Source: an uncultured delta proteobacterium
Lineage (GTDB): Bacteria; Myxococcota_A; Polyangia; Polyangiales; B10-G4
DNA: 64,000 nt
NCBI GenBank assembly: GCA_963727445.1
Contig: CAVSGI010000004.1
Coordinates: 64,001 to 128,000, forward strand
Direction of reading: 5' to 3'
Part shown: positions 29,267 through 40,607 of the stretch, in pieces
Position numbering within the stretch: position 1 is the stretch's first letter
How the letters are laid out: every line of letters begins with the position of its first letter
Translations under genes and position numbers: made by a program
The notes under the pieces: model-generated
Seen by the model: only the letters and a program-made list of their open reading frames with translations
What the model was told of the DNA's origin: nothing
Database searches by the model: none

Positions 29267-32149
29267 GTGTTGAGGGAAGCTGACGACCCGAAGGGAGGGG
29301 TGCGCGAAGAAGCGGGGGCTAGACCGAGCGCCTTTCACGTCGTGGCCCTGGGTGCGTCCGCGGGCGGGCTTCGGGCGCTCGAGGAGTTCTTCGACGCTCT
29401 TCCTCGCGATCAGCCCACTGGTCTGTCGTACGTGGTCGTGTCCCATCAGGCCCCCGACCGCCCCAGCCTGCTCCCGGAGCTGATTCGGAGACACAGCACG
29501 ACGGAGGTCCTCCTGGCCACCGACGGCACGCGCATCGAGCCCGATCGCATCTACGTCGCGCCACCCGGCGGGACGCTCTCGCTGCGCGATGGGGTCTTCC
29601 AGCACGACCCCGACGATCGCACCCACCGGCAACACCCCATCGACGGCTTCTTCCGCTCGCTCGCCGAGGACCGAAAGGAGGATGCGATCGCCATCGTGCT
29701 CTCCGGCGTGGGGGCGGATGGATCGGTCGGGCTCGAGGCGATCAAGCGAGAGGCGGGCCTGACCCTCGCGCAGTCGGTCGACACCGCCACCTATCCGGGC
29801 ATGCCGATGAGCGCCCGTGCGACGGGGATGGTGGACTTCATTCTCTCGCCCACCGAGATGGTGGCCACCATTCTTTCGTACGCACGCAACCACGACCGGC
29901 TGCGGGATCGCATCCGGACGCCAGAGGCCCTGGACGGAACGCTCACCAGAGCGATCGAGCTCGTTCGTTCCCGCACTGGTCACGACTTCTCGCTCTACAA
30001 GCCCAGCACCCTGGGTCGCCGCGTCGAACGGCGGATGAGCGTTCACGGCATCACCGAGTCGAGCGGCTACGTGCGCTTTCTCGAGGCGCACCCATACGAA
30101 GCCGACGCTCTCTTTCACGAGCTCCTGATCGGAGTCACTTCGTTCTTCCGGGACGGCGATGCGTTCATCAGTCTGGAAGCGGCGCTGGAACAGCTGATCG
30201 CCCGCAAGCCAGAAGGCGAGCCGCTTCGAGTCTGGATCGCCGGATGCTCGACCGGCGAGGAACCCTACTCAATCGCCATCGTCCTTCGCGAGGCCCTCGA
30301 AGCCTCGAAGCGAGCGCTTCCGGTGCAGATGTTTGCGACCGATCTCGACCCCCATGCCATCGACGTTGCACGGGCGGGCACTTACGGAGCCGGAATCGCG
30401 GCCGACGTGACGAAGAAACGTCTCCGACGCTTCTTTTCGCCGGTCGACGGAGGCTACCGGATCAACGACTCCATCCGCGAGATGTTGATCTTCGCGGTTC
30501 ACAACCTCGCGCAGGATCCACCGTTTACTCGTCTGGATCTGCTCGTCTGTCGCAATCTCCTCATCTATCTCGACGGCGCGCTCCAGCGCCATCTCCTGGC
30601 CCTGTTTCATTACGCCCTGCGTCCGGGGGGCACTCTGTTTCTCGGCAGCTCGGAGCACCTCGGCGAGCTCGGCGAGCATTTCGTCGCCGTCGATCGTCAT
30701 TGGAAGATCTTCAGCAGGAAGGCCGCGTCGCTCGGTCAGCTTCCCCGCCTCGGCCCCGCCAGCTTGCTGCGAAGTCGAAACGGAACGCTGCGGCGGACTC
30801 CCGCCGAGAGGCCCGAGGACCAGGCAAACGCCGCGCTCGCATCTCTATTGCCGGCGACCGTTCTGACCGATGAGCGAGGCGAGATCGTGCACGTGCACGG
30901 GCGCACCGGGGCTTTCCTCGAACCGTCCGAAGGCGAGCCGAAGATGAACGTCACGGAGATGGCGCGCGACGGGCTGCGCCTCGAGCTCACCACGGCGCTC
31001 CGGCGCGCGGCCGGTCCGACGGGTGAAGCTCGGTGTGTCGGAGTCGTCAAGGACGCGAACGCGCCACCCATGCACGTGGAAATCGAGGTCCGCCGCGTTC
31101 GGGAGCCGGAGAGCATGCGCGGGCTCTTGGGCATCTCCTTTCGCCCATACATGGTGGCCGCGGAACAACCCGCGACAGGCGCGTCGACGAGCCAGCGGGA
31201 GACCGAGCTCGAGAGAGAGCTGAGTCACATTCGCGAGGATCTCCAGGGCACGGTCGAGGAGCTCCAGACCTCGAACGAAGAGCTTCAGAGCACCAACGAA
31301 GAGCTGCAGAGCACGAACGAAGAGCTCGAGACCTCCCGGGAAGAGATGCAATCCCTCAATGAAGAGCTGCAGACGGTCAACGCGGAGCTCCAGCTCAACC
31401 TCGACGATCTCTCACGAGCCAACGACGACATGCGAAACCTGCTCGACGGCACCAAGATCGCCACGATCTTTCTCGACACGCACCTCGAGATCAAACGGTT
31501 CACCCCGGAGGCGCGGCACGTCGTGAGCCTCCTCGACACCGACGTCGGGCGGCCGCTGTCGGACCTCACGGCGAAGATCCGCTATCCGAACCTGGTCGCG
31601 GACGCGACGGCGACGCTCCAAGACCTCGTGCCCAGAAGCACGGAGGTCGAGGGTCCCGAGGGCTCCTGGTACTTGGCCAGCATGGTCCCGTATCACACCG
31701 GACGTGATCAGGTCGATGGTGTCGTCCTCACGTTCGTCGACGTCACGCGTGTGAAGCGAGCCGAGGCGGAGGCGTCGGCCAACGTGCTCTCCAAGAGCAT
31801 CGTGGAGACCATTCAGCAGCCGCTCCTGCTCCTCGACAAGGGGCTGTGTATCAAGACTGTGAACGCGGCGTTCCTGAAAATGTTCGGCGTGAGCGCCGAG
31901 TCCGTGCTCGGTCGGACGATCTACGACTTGAACGGACGGTCCTTCGACGTCGAGGAACTGCGTCGCCTGCTCGAAGAGATCCTCCCCCGCGACGGTGTGA
32001 TGGAAGGGTACGAGGTAAGAGCCGATCTCACCGGCGTCGGCAAGCGACGACTCGTCCTCGACGCCCGGCGCCTCGAACAGCCCGGCGTCGACGCAGAGCC
32101 CAGGATCCTGCTGGCGTTCCAGAGCTTCGAGGTCGACGATGATCGATGA
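29267..32149 (+). CDS. CheB/CheR fusion protein with coiled coil and PAS domains
   Basis: GASAGG..H..SGVGADG (CheB); IGVTSFFRD, WIAGCSTGEEPYS, CRNLLIY (CheR); NEELQST repeats; PAS. Confidence 0.93.
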   Translation: MLREADDPKGGVREEAGARPSAFHVVALGASAGGLRALEEFFDALPRDQPTGLSYVVVSHQAPDRPSLLPELIRRHSTTEVLLATDGTRIEPDRIYVAPPGGTLSLRDGVFQHDPDDRTHRQHPIDGFFRSLAEDRKEDAIAIVLSGVGADGSVGLEAIKREAGLTLAQSVDTATYPGMPMSARATGMVDFILSPTEMVATILSYARNHDRLRDRIRTPEALDGTLTRAIELVRSRTGHDFSLYKPSTLGRRVERRMSVHGITESSGYVRFLEAHPYEADALFHELLIGVTSFFRDGDAFISLEAALEQLIARKPEGEPLRVWIAGCSTGEEPYSIAIVLREALEASKRALPVQMFATDLDPHAIDVARAGTYGAGIAADVTKKRLRRFFSPVDGGYRINDSIREMLIFAVHNLAQDPPFTRLDLLVCRNLLIYLDGALQRHLLALFHYALRPGGTLFLGSSEHLGELGEHFVAVDRHWKIFSRKAASLGQLPRLGPASLLRSRNGTLRRTPAERPEDQANAALASLLPATVLTDERGEIVHVHGRTGAFLEPSEGEPKMNVTEMARDGLRLELTTALRRAAGPTGEARCVGVVKDANAPPMHVEIEVRRVREPESMRGLLGISFRPYMVAAEQPATGASTSQRETELERELSHIREDLQGTVEELQTSNEELQSTNEELQSTNEELETSREEMQSLNEELQTVNAELQLNLDDLSRANDDMRNLLDGTKIATIFLDTHLEIKRFTPEARHVVSLLDTDVGRPLSDLTAKIRYPNLVADATATLQDLVPRSTEVEGPEGSWYLASMVPYHTGRDQVDGVVLTFVDVTRVKRAEAEASANVLSKSIVETIQQPLLLLDKGLCIKTVNAAFLKMFGVSAESVLGRTIYDLNGRSFDVEELRRLLEEILPRDGVMEGYEVRADLTGVGKRRLVLDARRLEQPGVDAEPRILLAFQSFEVDDDR

Positions 32150-35100
32150 CCAACCCGACGCGTGGTTTGGCGTGTTGCGTCGCCGCGCCGAGGAGGCCCT
32201 GCGCAAGACGGACGAGCCACATTCCGGCGATGATCTCGCGCGCTTGGTCCACGACCTCGAGGTGCATCACGTCGAGCTTTCGATGCAGAACGAGGAGCTC
32301 CGAGCCGCACAGATCGGCCTCGAGCGCTTGCGCGCCGAGTACGCGGACCTCTACGAGCACGCGCCCGTCGGTTACGTGACCGTGGACGTCTTCGGACGAG
32401 TGAGGCGCGCGAATCTGGCGGCGGCGGGGCTATTCGACGTCGGGCGCAATCAGCTCATCGACACATCGCTGCCCGGCAGATACGACCCGGCCGACGCCAA
32501 ACAGCTTCGGCTGCGGTTTCGGGAAGCGCTGGTCGGCGAGGTCGAGCCGTGGGAGACGTCTCGCCTTCGCCCCGACGGGAAGCGGGTCGTGATTCGTCAC
32601 ACCGTCGTGCAGGCAGAGGGAGACGACGGGCCGGAGCTCCGCCTCGCCCTGACCGACGTCACGGATCTGGACGAAGCTCGCGCCGCCCTGGACGCCGCCA
32701 ACCGCGCCCTTCACGGCCGCGTCGAGCGGAGCGAGCGCCAGCTCGGCGAGCGCGATGCAGAGCTGCGCCTCATCGCGGACAACATCCCCGTTCAGCTCGT
32801 TCGCATCGATGATCAGGAGCGTCACGTATTCGTCAACCGCGCGTACGCGAGCTTCTGGGGAATGAAGCCGTCCGAGGTCATTGGCCGCACGGTGCTCGAG
32901 GTGGTGGGCCCCGACCTCTACTCCGAGATCCGTGCCCACCTTCGGCAGGCGTTCGATGGTACCGCGGTCTGCTACGAGCATCGGTTCATCTGGTCGGGGC
33001 GGGGCGAACGGTGGATGGAGACGACCTATCTACCGAACGTCGATGAACGCGGTCGGACGACCGGGCTCCACGTCGTGGTGCACGACGTCACGGAGCGCCG
33101 AATTGCGGAGCGGTCGGCGCACCGCCTCACCGAGAAGATGCGCGTGCTCGTCGCAGAGAGGACGGGCCAGCTGCAGGAAAGCGTCCGCTACCACGCGGCG
33201 CTCATCGCCGCGATCCAAGAGGCTGTCATCTCGACGGACTTGAAGGGACGCATCCTGAGCTGGAACGAGTCGGCTGAGACCACCTTGGGTTGGACGGCTC
33301 CCGAGGTCATCGGCCGACCCTTCACAGAGGTGCTGTCTTTGCACCCGGTCGATGGGGAACGTCGTCCACGATCGTCTTCGATCGACGACCTCCCCCACGG
33401 GCTGGCCCGGCTCCGTCATCGCGACGGCGGGGACCGGCTGCTCGACATCTCGGCTTCCCTCGTGCGCGGTCCTGAAGGTGAGACGGCGGGACAGGTCGTA
33501 GTGGCCCGTGACGTGACGGCGCGTGTTGCGGCGCAGCGGGCTGCGGCAGAGGCGCTCCGAGAGGAGCGCGATTTTGCGGATGGCCTGGTGGAGATCGCGC
33601 CGGTGATCGTGCTGGTGCTCGATGCCGAGGGACGCGTGGTCCGCTTCAACAAATTCCTCGAGGAGCTCTCGGGCTTCACGCTCGAAGAGGTCCGCGGGCA
33701 GGATTGGGCGGACACTTTCGGGCCAGAGGACGCGCGCGAGGCGATGCGCGAGTCGTTCGAGCGTTCCGTGCGCGGCAGTCCCAACCTCGGCACGGTGACG
33801 TCCCTGAAGACGAAGGATGGACGACGGCGCGAGATCGAGTGGCACGAGTCCCTGCTCACGGGGGCGAAAGGGCTGCGCGGCCTCTTGGCGATCGGACGAG
33901 ACATCACCGACGAGCGGCGCCTCGTGCGGGAGGCGCAGCATGCCCAGAAGATGGAGGCTGTCGGGACGCTGGCCGCGGGTATCGCTCACGACTTCAACAA
34001 CCTCCTCATGGGCATCATCGGAATGGCCGAGATGGCCGAGAACAAGCTCGGCGAGCCCGAGGCGGCGAACCGCTACGTCGCCGAGATTCAGAAGGCTGCG
34101 CGGGGAGGGGTCGCGATCGTTCGTCAGCTCCTCACCTTCAGCAAGAAGGCCTCGCCGACGCTCCGTGACATGGAGGTCGACGAGATGGTGGCTGCTGCCG
34201 CCCCGATGTTGCGGACGCTCCTCGGGGAGGACGTCGAGCTCGACGTCGAGCTCCGCTCCGACGGCGGCCGAATCCTGATCGCGCCCGGCCAGCTCGAGCA
34301 GATCATGATGAACCTCGCCGCGAACGCTCGCCACGCCATGCCGAAGGGCGGAACGCTATCCATCTCCACGGCACGGGTTCACATCCGCGCGGACGATGTG
34401 CCCCACTCGGGAGTTCGCCGCGGACGGTACGTGCGCCTGGTCATCCGGGACACGGGCGTCGGTATGAGCGAGGAGACGCGCGCCCGTGCCTTCGAGCCCT
34501 TCTTCACCACCAAGGAAGAGGGGGGGACCGGCCTCGGGCTCTCGACGACGTACGGCATCGTCCGCGCTGGCAGTGGACACATCGAGGTGGAGAGCCAGCC
34601 GGGGGTTGGGACGACCTTCACGATCCTCATGCCGCTCGTTCGGCCGTCGCAGATGGGCCTCGACTCGAAGCTCGAGGAGGACGACTCGCGGGTTCGTTCC
34701 GGGACCGTGCTCGTCGTCGAGGACGAGGAGCTCGTGCGGATGACCGTCTGCCACTATCTCGAGAGCGCTGGCTACCGAGTCCTGCGGGCCTCGGCCGGTG
34801 AAGAGGCGATGGGCCTGTGGCGTGACAACCACGTGGACGTCCTCTTGACCGATGCGGTGCTCCCGCAGATCCAGGGTTCTGACTTGATCGCCGCGATGCG
34901 GGATGAGGATCCGAACCTGCTGGTGGCGGTGATGAGCGCACACCCACGTGAGCTCCTCGAGCAAGAAGGACGGATCGACAAATCGATCCCCTCCCTACAG
35001 AAGCCTTTCACGAAGCACGACCTCTTGAGGGTCGTCGATCGCCTCGCGGCGAGTCGGAGCGCAAGCCGCTCAGCCGGGGTCGTCGGAGGGGCGGAGGATG

Positions 35101-35466
35101 CCGCGGTGGTTCTCATCGTCGAGGACAACGCGACGGCCCGCGCTGCGGTACGCGACTTCCTGAGCGACCTCGGATACGAAGTGCTCGCCGCGGGGACCGT
35201 CGCCGAGGCCATGGCATCGGCTGACTCTCGAATCTCGAATCGACGTCGTCCTGTCCGACCTGGGGCTTCCGGACGGCTCGGGCCCCGAGCTCGTGGAGAG
35301 TCTGCGCGTTCGCTACCCCGAGCTCGGGGTGGTGTACACGAGCGGTCGGACCTTCGACGGACACGTCGGCGCGCTCCTTCGCCGGGATCGCGCCAATTTC
35401 GTCGAGAAGCCCGCCAGCCTCGCCGCGCTCGCCCGTGCCATCGAGGCTCAGCTTCGCGAACGCTGA
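32139..35466 (+). CDS. Multi-PAS hybrid histidine kinase with two receiver domains, frameshifted at ~35235
   Basis: HDLEVHHVELSMQNEEL; QKMEAVGTLAAGIAHDFNNLL; FEPFFTTK..GTGLGL; REC1; REC2 completed (IDVVLSDLGLPDGSG...VEKP...ER*) by GAATC->GATC. Confidence 0.9.
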
Positions 35467-35559
35467 GCGACGGAACGCGGAAGGGGACTATTCGGCGCCT
35501 GATGCGGACTTCTTCCCACGCGTGAGCGGCGTGCACCGCAACTCACCTCGAAAAGCCAC

Positions 35560-35575
35560 GGGCACGACTACTGCA
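35560..35575 (+). promoter_or_regulatory. Candidate sigma54 (-24/-12) promoter upstream of csbD-like gene
   Basis: GGGCACGACTACTGCA with GG-N10-GC spacing. Confidence 0.55.
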
Positions 35576-35642
35576 GTGGGCGTCGGGACCTCGCGAGGTT
35601 GCAAACCTTCCTCGCGAGTGAGTTCGAGAAAGACCGGAAGAC

Positions 35643-35843
35643 ATGAACATCAATGACATGAAGACCAATTGGAAGACCGTCCGCCCGAAGGTCCACACGA
35701 AGTGGGACAAGCTGACCGAAGCCGACCTGACAGCCATCGGCCAAAAGCCCCAGGACCTGGTCGACCGCGTCGAGAAGCGCTACTCCCTGGACCACGAAAA
35801 GGCTCAGAAGGCCGTTACCGACTTCATGAAAACGCTGTCGTAG
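35643..35843 (+). CDS. CsbD/YjbJ-family general stress protein
   Basis: NWKTVRPKVHTKWDKLTEADL..I......LVDRVEKRY....EKAQKAV..F; 66 aa. Confidence 0.85.
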   Translation: MNINDMKTNWKTVRPKVHTKWDKLTEADLTAIGQKPQDLVDRVEKRYSLDHEKAQKAVTDFMKTLS

Positions 35844-35887
35844 GACGCGCAGCGACCGAGCGTGCTGCTCGCCCGGCTGGGGACTCT

Positions 35888-37324
35888 TCACAGAGCCGTC
35901 TTCGGCGGAGAGGTGATCCCGAACTTCTCGATCCGGTACCGGATCTGGTCTCGGTTCATTCCCAGCAGGCGAGCCGCGCGCGTTTGGTTGCCCCCCGTCC
36001 GCTTCAGCGCCTGAGTCACCAGGCTGCGCTCGAGGTCAGCGAAGTTCACACCGCTCGCGGGAAGCTCGAATGGATCCACGGATTGCGGCGGAGAAGATCC
36101 TCTTCGCAGTGCGCGGAAGTCGTTCACGCCGAGCTCGTCTCCCTCCGCGAGAAGCACGGCGCGCTCCAGCACGTTCCTGAGCTCTCTGACGTTGCCCGGC
36201 CATCCGTAATCGCTGAGCTCCGAGAGTGCTCTGACGCTCAGGTTCCTCACGCTCTTCCCGAGCTCCGTGTTGAATCGATCGATGAACAGCGTGGCGAGTG
36301 GCCCGACATCCTCGCGCCGATCACGCAGGGGCGGCAGGTGCAGGTGCAGGACGGTGAGACGATAATAGAGGTCTTCCCGGAAGGTCCCGTCCGACACCAT
36401 CGCCGCGAGATCGCGATTGGTCGCGGCGATCACGCGCACGTCGGGCCGGATCTCGGTCGAGCCACCCACGCGCCGAAACGTGTGGTCTTCGAGGAAGCGC
36501 AGGAGCTTGGACTGCAGGCTAGGCGCCATCTCGCCAATCTCGTCCAAGAAGACCGTGCCCGCGTCGGCCTGTTCCAAGAGTCCCTTCTTCTGGTGTCGAG
36601 CATCGGTGAAAGCGCCTCGCTCGTGGCCGAACAGCTCGCTCTCGAGGAGAGTGTCGGCGAGCGCGGAGCAGGTGATGTTCATGAAGGGCCCGTCCGCTCG
36701 GGCGCTCGTCGCGTGGATGGCACGCGCGACGAGGTCCTTACCCGTACCGCTCTCGCCGGTCAGCAGGATGGTCGCGTCGGAGCTGCGAGCGAACTTCAGG
36801 ACCAGCGCCTTCACGACGCGTACCGCACCGGAGTCCCCCACAATCCGCTCCAGAGAGCCGCCTTGTTGGGTCGCTCTCAAACGTCTCACCTCTCGACGTA
36901 GGGCCGTGGTTTCGAGCGCGCGCTCGCAGACCACCTGAACCTCCTCGAGGTCGAAGGGCTTCTCGATGAAGTGGAAGGCGCCTTGCCGCATGGCGTCGAC
37001 GGCGCGCTCCACGGAGGAGAAGGCGGTGAGCAGGATGACGGGCACCTCCGGGTCGAGCACCTTCATCTCGGCGAGCAGGGTGAGCCCGTCCGTGTCGGGC
37101 AGGCGGTAGTCGAGGAGGACGAGGTCGACGCCTTGCTCGAAGAGCTCGATCGCACGACTCCCGTCTTCGGCTTCCACGACGCGGTGCCCCGCAGCCTCCA
37201 GGCGCTGCCGAACCGCCCAGCGGATCAACGCCTCGTCGTCGACGACCAGGACGGTAGTGATGGCGCGGCGCACGCTGACGTTGGAGGTAGTGTCATCCTC
37301 GGAGCTCGGTTCGGCCTCAATCAT
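35888..37324 (-). CDS. Sigma54-dependent response regulator (NtrC family)
   Basis: REC (VLVVDDE, LLDYRLP), GESGTGKD, ESELFGHERGAFTDA, FLDEIGEM, WPGNVREL, Fis HTH; start uncertain. Confidence 0.93.
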   Translation of the reverse strand: MIEAEPSSEDDTTSNVSVRRAITTVLVVDDEALIRWAVRQRLEAAGHRVVEAEDGSRAIELFEQGVDLVLLDYRLPDTDGLTLLAEMKVLDPEVPVILLTAFSSVERAVDAMRQGAFHFIEKPFDLEEVQVVCERALETTALRREVRRLRATQQGGSLERIVGDSGAVRVVKALVLKFARSSDATILLTGESGTGKDLVARAIHATSARADGPFMNITCSALADTLLESELFGHERGAFTDARHQKKGLLEQADAGTVFLDEIGEMAPSLQSKLLRFLEDHTFRRVGGSTEIRPDVRVIAATNRDLAAMVSDGTFREDLYYRLTVLHLHLPPLRDRREDVGPLATLFIDRFNTELGKSVRNLSVRALSELSDYGWPGNVRELRNVLERAVLLAEGDELGVNDFRALRRGSSPPQSVDPFELPASGVNFADLERSLVTQALKRTGGNQTRAARLLGMNRDQIRYRIEKFGITSPPKTAL

Positions 37325-37517
37325 GGTTTGCGGAGTAGGTCCTTCCCCCGAAGAGATGCTCCCCGGCAGGAAGATTGCGAGGACCACGCCGATCGAGGCG
37401 CCGAGCGTGCAGCTGGTCACGCAGATGTTGCGTGGATCGGACGGCTCCAAGCGAGTGCCGACGAATACGCATCTCGGTTCGACAAAATGACGAAATGACG
37501 AAGAGCGTCCCCCCCCG

Positions 37518-37533
37518 CGGCATGCTTCGTGCT
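37518..37533 (+). promoter_or_regulatory. Candidate sigma54 promoter upstream of CBS gene
   Basis: CGGCATGCTTCGTGCT with GG-N10-GC spacing; tandem AAATGACG x2 at 37485-37500; GGAGG RBS downstream. Confidence 0.55.
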
Positions 37534-37558
37534 CGTCGTTACGTGGGAGGTGCCTCCC

Positions 37559-38116
37559 ATGCCCAAACTAAACGCCGTACTCGAAGTGAAAGGGATGGCA
37601 GCTGTCTCGGTTCCGAGCTCCTGCACCGTTCTCGAAGCTGTACGCACCTTGAGCCGCAATGGCGTCGGCTCGGTTCTGGTGGTCGACCACCACCAGCTGG
37701 TGGGCATCTTCACCGAGCGCGACGCAGTGCGCCGGGTCCTCGGGATGGATCGAAGACCTCGCGAGACGCTCGTCTCGGCGGTGATGTCCCGAGACGTCGT
37801 CGTGGGTCACCCGGATGACACGGTCCTCGAGGCGATGCAGCGGATGGCCAAACGCCGTCTCCGACATCTGCCGGTCGTCCTGGAGGGCAGGGTATTGGGG
37901 GTCGTCTCCATCGGCAATCTCGCCAGGTGTGCGGCGCACGACCTCGATCTGTCCGTCGGCGACCTCGCTGCCTTCATCCACGGCGCGGCGGTGAAGCACG
38001 ACTCGGATTGGCCCACGGCGTTTCCTCCTGCGTCCAACTACGCAGAGGAGATCGCCCCGCGCGAGGATGTCTTGGAGCTGGCGCGAGCGATGCTCGACGA
38101 CCAGTGGAACAGGTGA
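37559..38116 (+). CDS. CBS domain pair protein
   Basis: VGSVLVV..LVGIFTERD..VMS; RLRHLPVV..VLGVVSIGNL. Confidence 0.9.
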   Translation: MPKLNAVLEVKGMAAVSVPSSCTVLEAVRTLSRNGVGSVLVVDHHQLVGIFTERDAVRRVLGMDRRPRETLVSAVMSRDVVVGHPDDTVLEAMQRMAKRRLRHLPVVLEGRVLGVVSIGNLARCAAHDLDLSVGDLAAFIHGAAVKHDSDWPTAFPPASNYAEEIAPREDVLELARAMLDDQWNR

Positions 38117-38213
38117 GGAGAATCTCGCGGTTTGGTGAAATTGTCCGCCGCTCCATCGCGTAAACGCGTTCGGGTTTCCGCGATCGGGGCAATCGTCCGC
38201 GTCGCTCGAGAAC

Positions 38214-40607
38214 ATGGCCCACGGATCCGACAAGCTCAGAGGTTCCATCGAAGGCGCCCTCGCAGGTGGCGGCGATCCCGCGACCTCACCGCTTTACGTC
38301 TTTGGCCCTTTTCTGCGGATGATCGTCGCGTCCGGGGTCGCCGCTGTCGTGTTCGGAGCGGCGATCTGGCTCGCGGTGCTCACAGTCTTCGTGGTCTCGG
38401 CCATGTATCGGCTGGTGATGATCTGGGTCACCGACGGCAGCGGCGGCAGCGGGCTCAGCGAGGACGAATTCGGTGGGTGGGCGGTCAACATCAACGCCGG
38501 CATCACGGCGGTGGAATACACGTTGACCTTCTTGGTGAGCATCGCGGCGCTCGTCACCTTCGTCGCCGACCGCTTTGCCGTGCTCAACGTGAGCTACCTC
38601 GGGCTGTCGCTCAGGACGATCCTCGCGGCCGCCTGCGCCTTGCTCGTGGGGTTCGCGGTCAATCTGGGACCGCGGGTGGCCGCCCGGGCCTTTGGCCCTG
38701 CCACCGCGGCGGTCCTGCTGCTCTTGTGGACGTTGATGATCGCCACGATCGTTCGGTTCGGCCTGCGCCTCCCATCCATCGACTGGTCGGCCTTCGCTGT
38801 GGAGAACCTCCACGCGACGTTGGGAGGATACGCGCGGATCCTGGCCCTGATGACGGGCATCGAGATCTTCGCCAACCTGGTCCCCGCCTATCGGGGATCC
38901 CCACGGGAGCGATCGCGCAAGGCCTTCGGGAGCCTCGTGATCGTCATGACGACCACCTGCCTCACGATGCTCATCGTGGGACCGGCCATCTTCGCTCTCG
39001 CCGATCCGTCGAATCGCGATGTCTCCGTCTTCACGCAGACGATGGATGCCCTGTTGCCTGCGCCGCTGGCTTACGCCGGCACGTTGATCGGCGTCCTCGT
39101 GCTGCTCTCGGCGGCGGCGGCGAGCGCGCAGGGAGTTCAGAACCTGAGCCTGGGCCTTCGGGAGCGACACTACGTCCCGGCCTGGTTCGGGCAACGTAAC
39201 GCGCACGGGGTCGCCGCCAATCCGGTGTGGCTCGAGGTCGGCCTCTGTGTCGTCTGCTTCGGTGCCTTCGGGACCAGCGAGGAGACCTACCTCACGCTCT
39301 ACGCGGCCGGTGTGTTCATCCTTCTCAGCCTCGCCGCCTGGGCGACCGTCAAGCGTCTGGTGCGTCAACTGCGCAAGAAGATCGATGCTACGGCCGTGGC
39401 GGCGCTCGTGGGTGCGGCCGCAGCGGCGATCCTGTCGAGCGGCGCCACCGTGATCATCTTCGAGGAGCGATTCACTCAAGGAGCCTGGCTCTACCTGGTG
39501 ATCATCCCGCTCCTGTACCTCGCCTTCAGTCGCATCCGACGGCGGCTGGGGCCACCGCGGTCCATCAGCGAGCGCCTCGGGCGCGCGCAGCTCGTATCGA
39601 GCGTCCCACCGCCACCGAAGGTGGGGGCCGTGTTCCATTCGAGCATCGGCTACCGACACATTCTCGTCCCCCTCGATCAGAGCCCCACCTCCGAGCTCGC
39701 GCTACCCCAGGCGCAGATGCTCGCCCGCAACTACGGCGGGAGCATTCACCTCCTTTCGGTGGTGAGAGAAACGCCCAGTCGCGCCGACGTGCGCGACGGT
39801 CGCTCGCACCAAGGCGCGGCGGAGTACCTCGAGGGGGTGGGGAGCGACCTCAGCGCCGACGGCTACGAGTGGAAGGCGACCGTTCGCGCCGGCGTAGCCG
39901 CCGAGGTGATCGGTGAGGTGGCCACCGCCGGCGACATCGACCTCGTCATCATCAGCACCCGCTCCCACTCCCGCTTGAGCCACTGGGTCAAGTCCCACGT
40001 CACGCGCGAAGTCGTCCACCAGTCGACCCCGCCGCTGCTTCTCATCCGCGCGACCGACGTCTGGCCGAGCATCCGCACGCGTTTCCGGCGACTGCTGGTG
40101 CCCCTCGATGGCTCCGACACGGCTGAGCAGATCCTCCCGCACGTGGAGGCGCTCGCGCGGAGGTTCGGTAGCGAGGTCACGCTGCTCGCCGTGGTCGAGG
40201 GCTCCGAGCTGGACGACCACCTGGGCAAGCTACGGGCCTACCTCGAGTCGATCGCTGAGGCCCTGCGGGAAGCGGGCATCCCCACCGAGACCCAGGTCGC
40301 CGACATGGCGCCGGTGGAGGTCATATTGAACGCCGGAGCGACGCTCCGAAGCGATCTGATCATGATGGTCTCCCACGGTCGGGGCGGGGTCGAGCGAATG
40401 GACCGCGTCAAGCTGGGCAGCGTCGTCGAGGACGTCATCGAGCGAACTCCTTGTCCTGTCTTCATGGTGTCGGCCGAGCGCGACCTCGGCGCTCGGGCAC
40501 GCCTCATCTCTTCCGTCGTCCCAAGCGGCCGCGGATCTTTGCAAGACGACGAGGAAGACGGGGCTGCGCCACGCTCGCTCTCCCAGGGCCGAGCACGTAC
40601 CCCATGA
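38214..40607 (+). CDS. APC-like permease fused to two universal stress protein domains
   Basis: About 12 TM helices, ALMTGIEIFAN, YAAGVF; then ILVPLDQS...STPPLLL and LLVPLDGS...SHGRGG..LGSV...TPCPV. Confidence 0.85.
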   Translation: MAHGSDKLRGSIEGALAGGGDPATSPLYVFGPFLRMIVASGVAAVVFGAAIWLAVLTVFVVSAMYRLVMIWVTDGSGGSGLSEDEFGGWAVNINAGITAVEYTLTFLVSIAALVTFVADRFAVLNVSYLGLSLRTILAAACALLVGFAVNLGPRVAARAFGPATAAVLLLLWTLMIATIVRFGLRLPSIDWSAFAVENLHATLGGYARILALMTGIEIFANLVPAYRGSPRERSRKAFGSLVIVMTTTCLTMLIVGPAIFALADPSNRDVSVFTQTMDALLPAPLAYAGTLIGVLVLLSAAAASAQGVQNLSLGLRERHYVPAWFGQRNAHGVAANPVWLEVGLCVVCFGAFGTSEETYLTLYAAGVFILLSLAAWATVKRLVRQLRKKIDATAVAALVGAAAAAILSSGATVIIFEERFTQGAWLYLVIIPLLYLAFSRIRRRLGPPRSISERLGRAQLVSSVPPPPKVGAVFHSSIGYRHILVPLDQSPTSELALPQAQMLARNYGGSIHLLSVVRETPSRADVRDGRSHQGAAEYLEGVGSDLSADGYEWKATVRAGVAAEVIGEVATAGDIDLVIISTRSHSRLSHWVKSHVTREVVHQSTPPLLLIRATDVWPSIRTRFRRLLVPLDGSDTAEQILPHVEALARRFGSEVTLLAVVEGSELDDHLGKLRAYLESIAEALREAGIPTETQVADMAPVEVILNAGATLRSDLIMMVSHGRGGVERMDRVKLGSVVEDVIERTPCPVFMVSAERDLGARARLISSVVPSGRGSLQDDEEDGAAPRSLSQGRARTP

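Noticed and set aside
31250..31390. Tandem 21-bp repeats
   Set aside because: They encode the standard NEELQST coiled coil of CheB/CheR fusions
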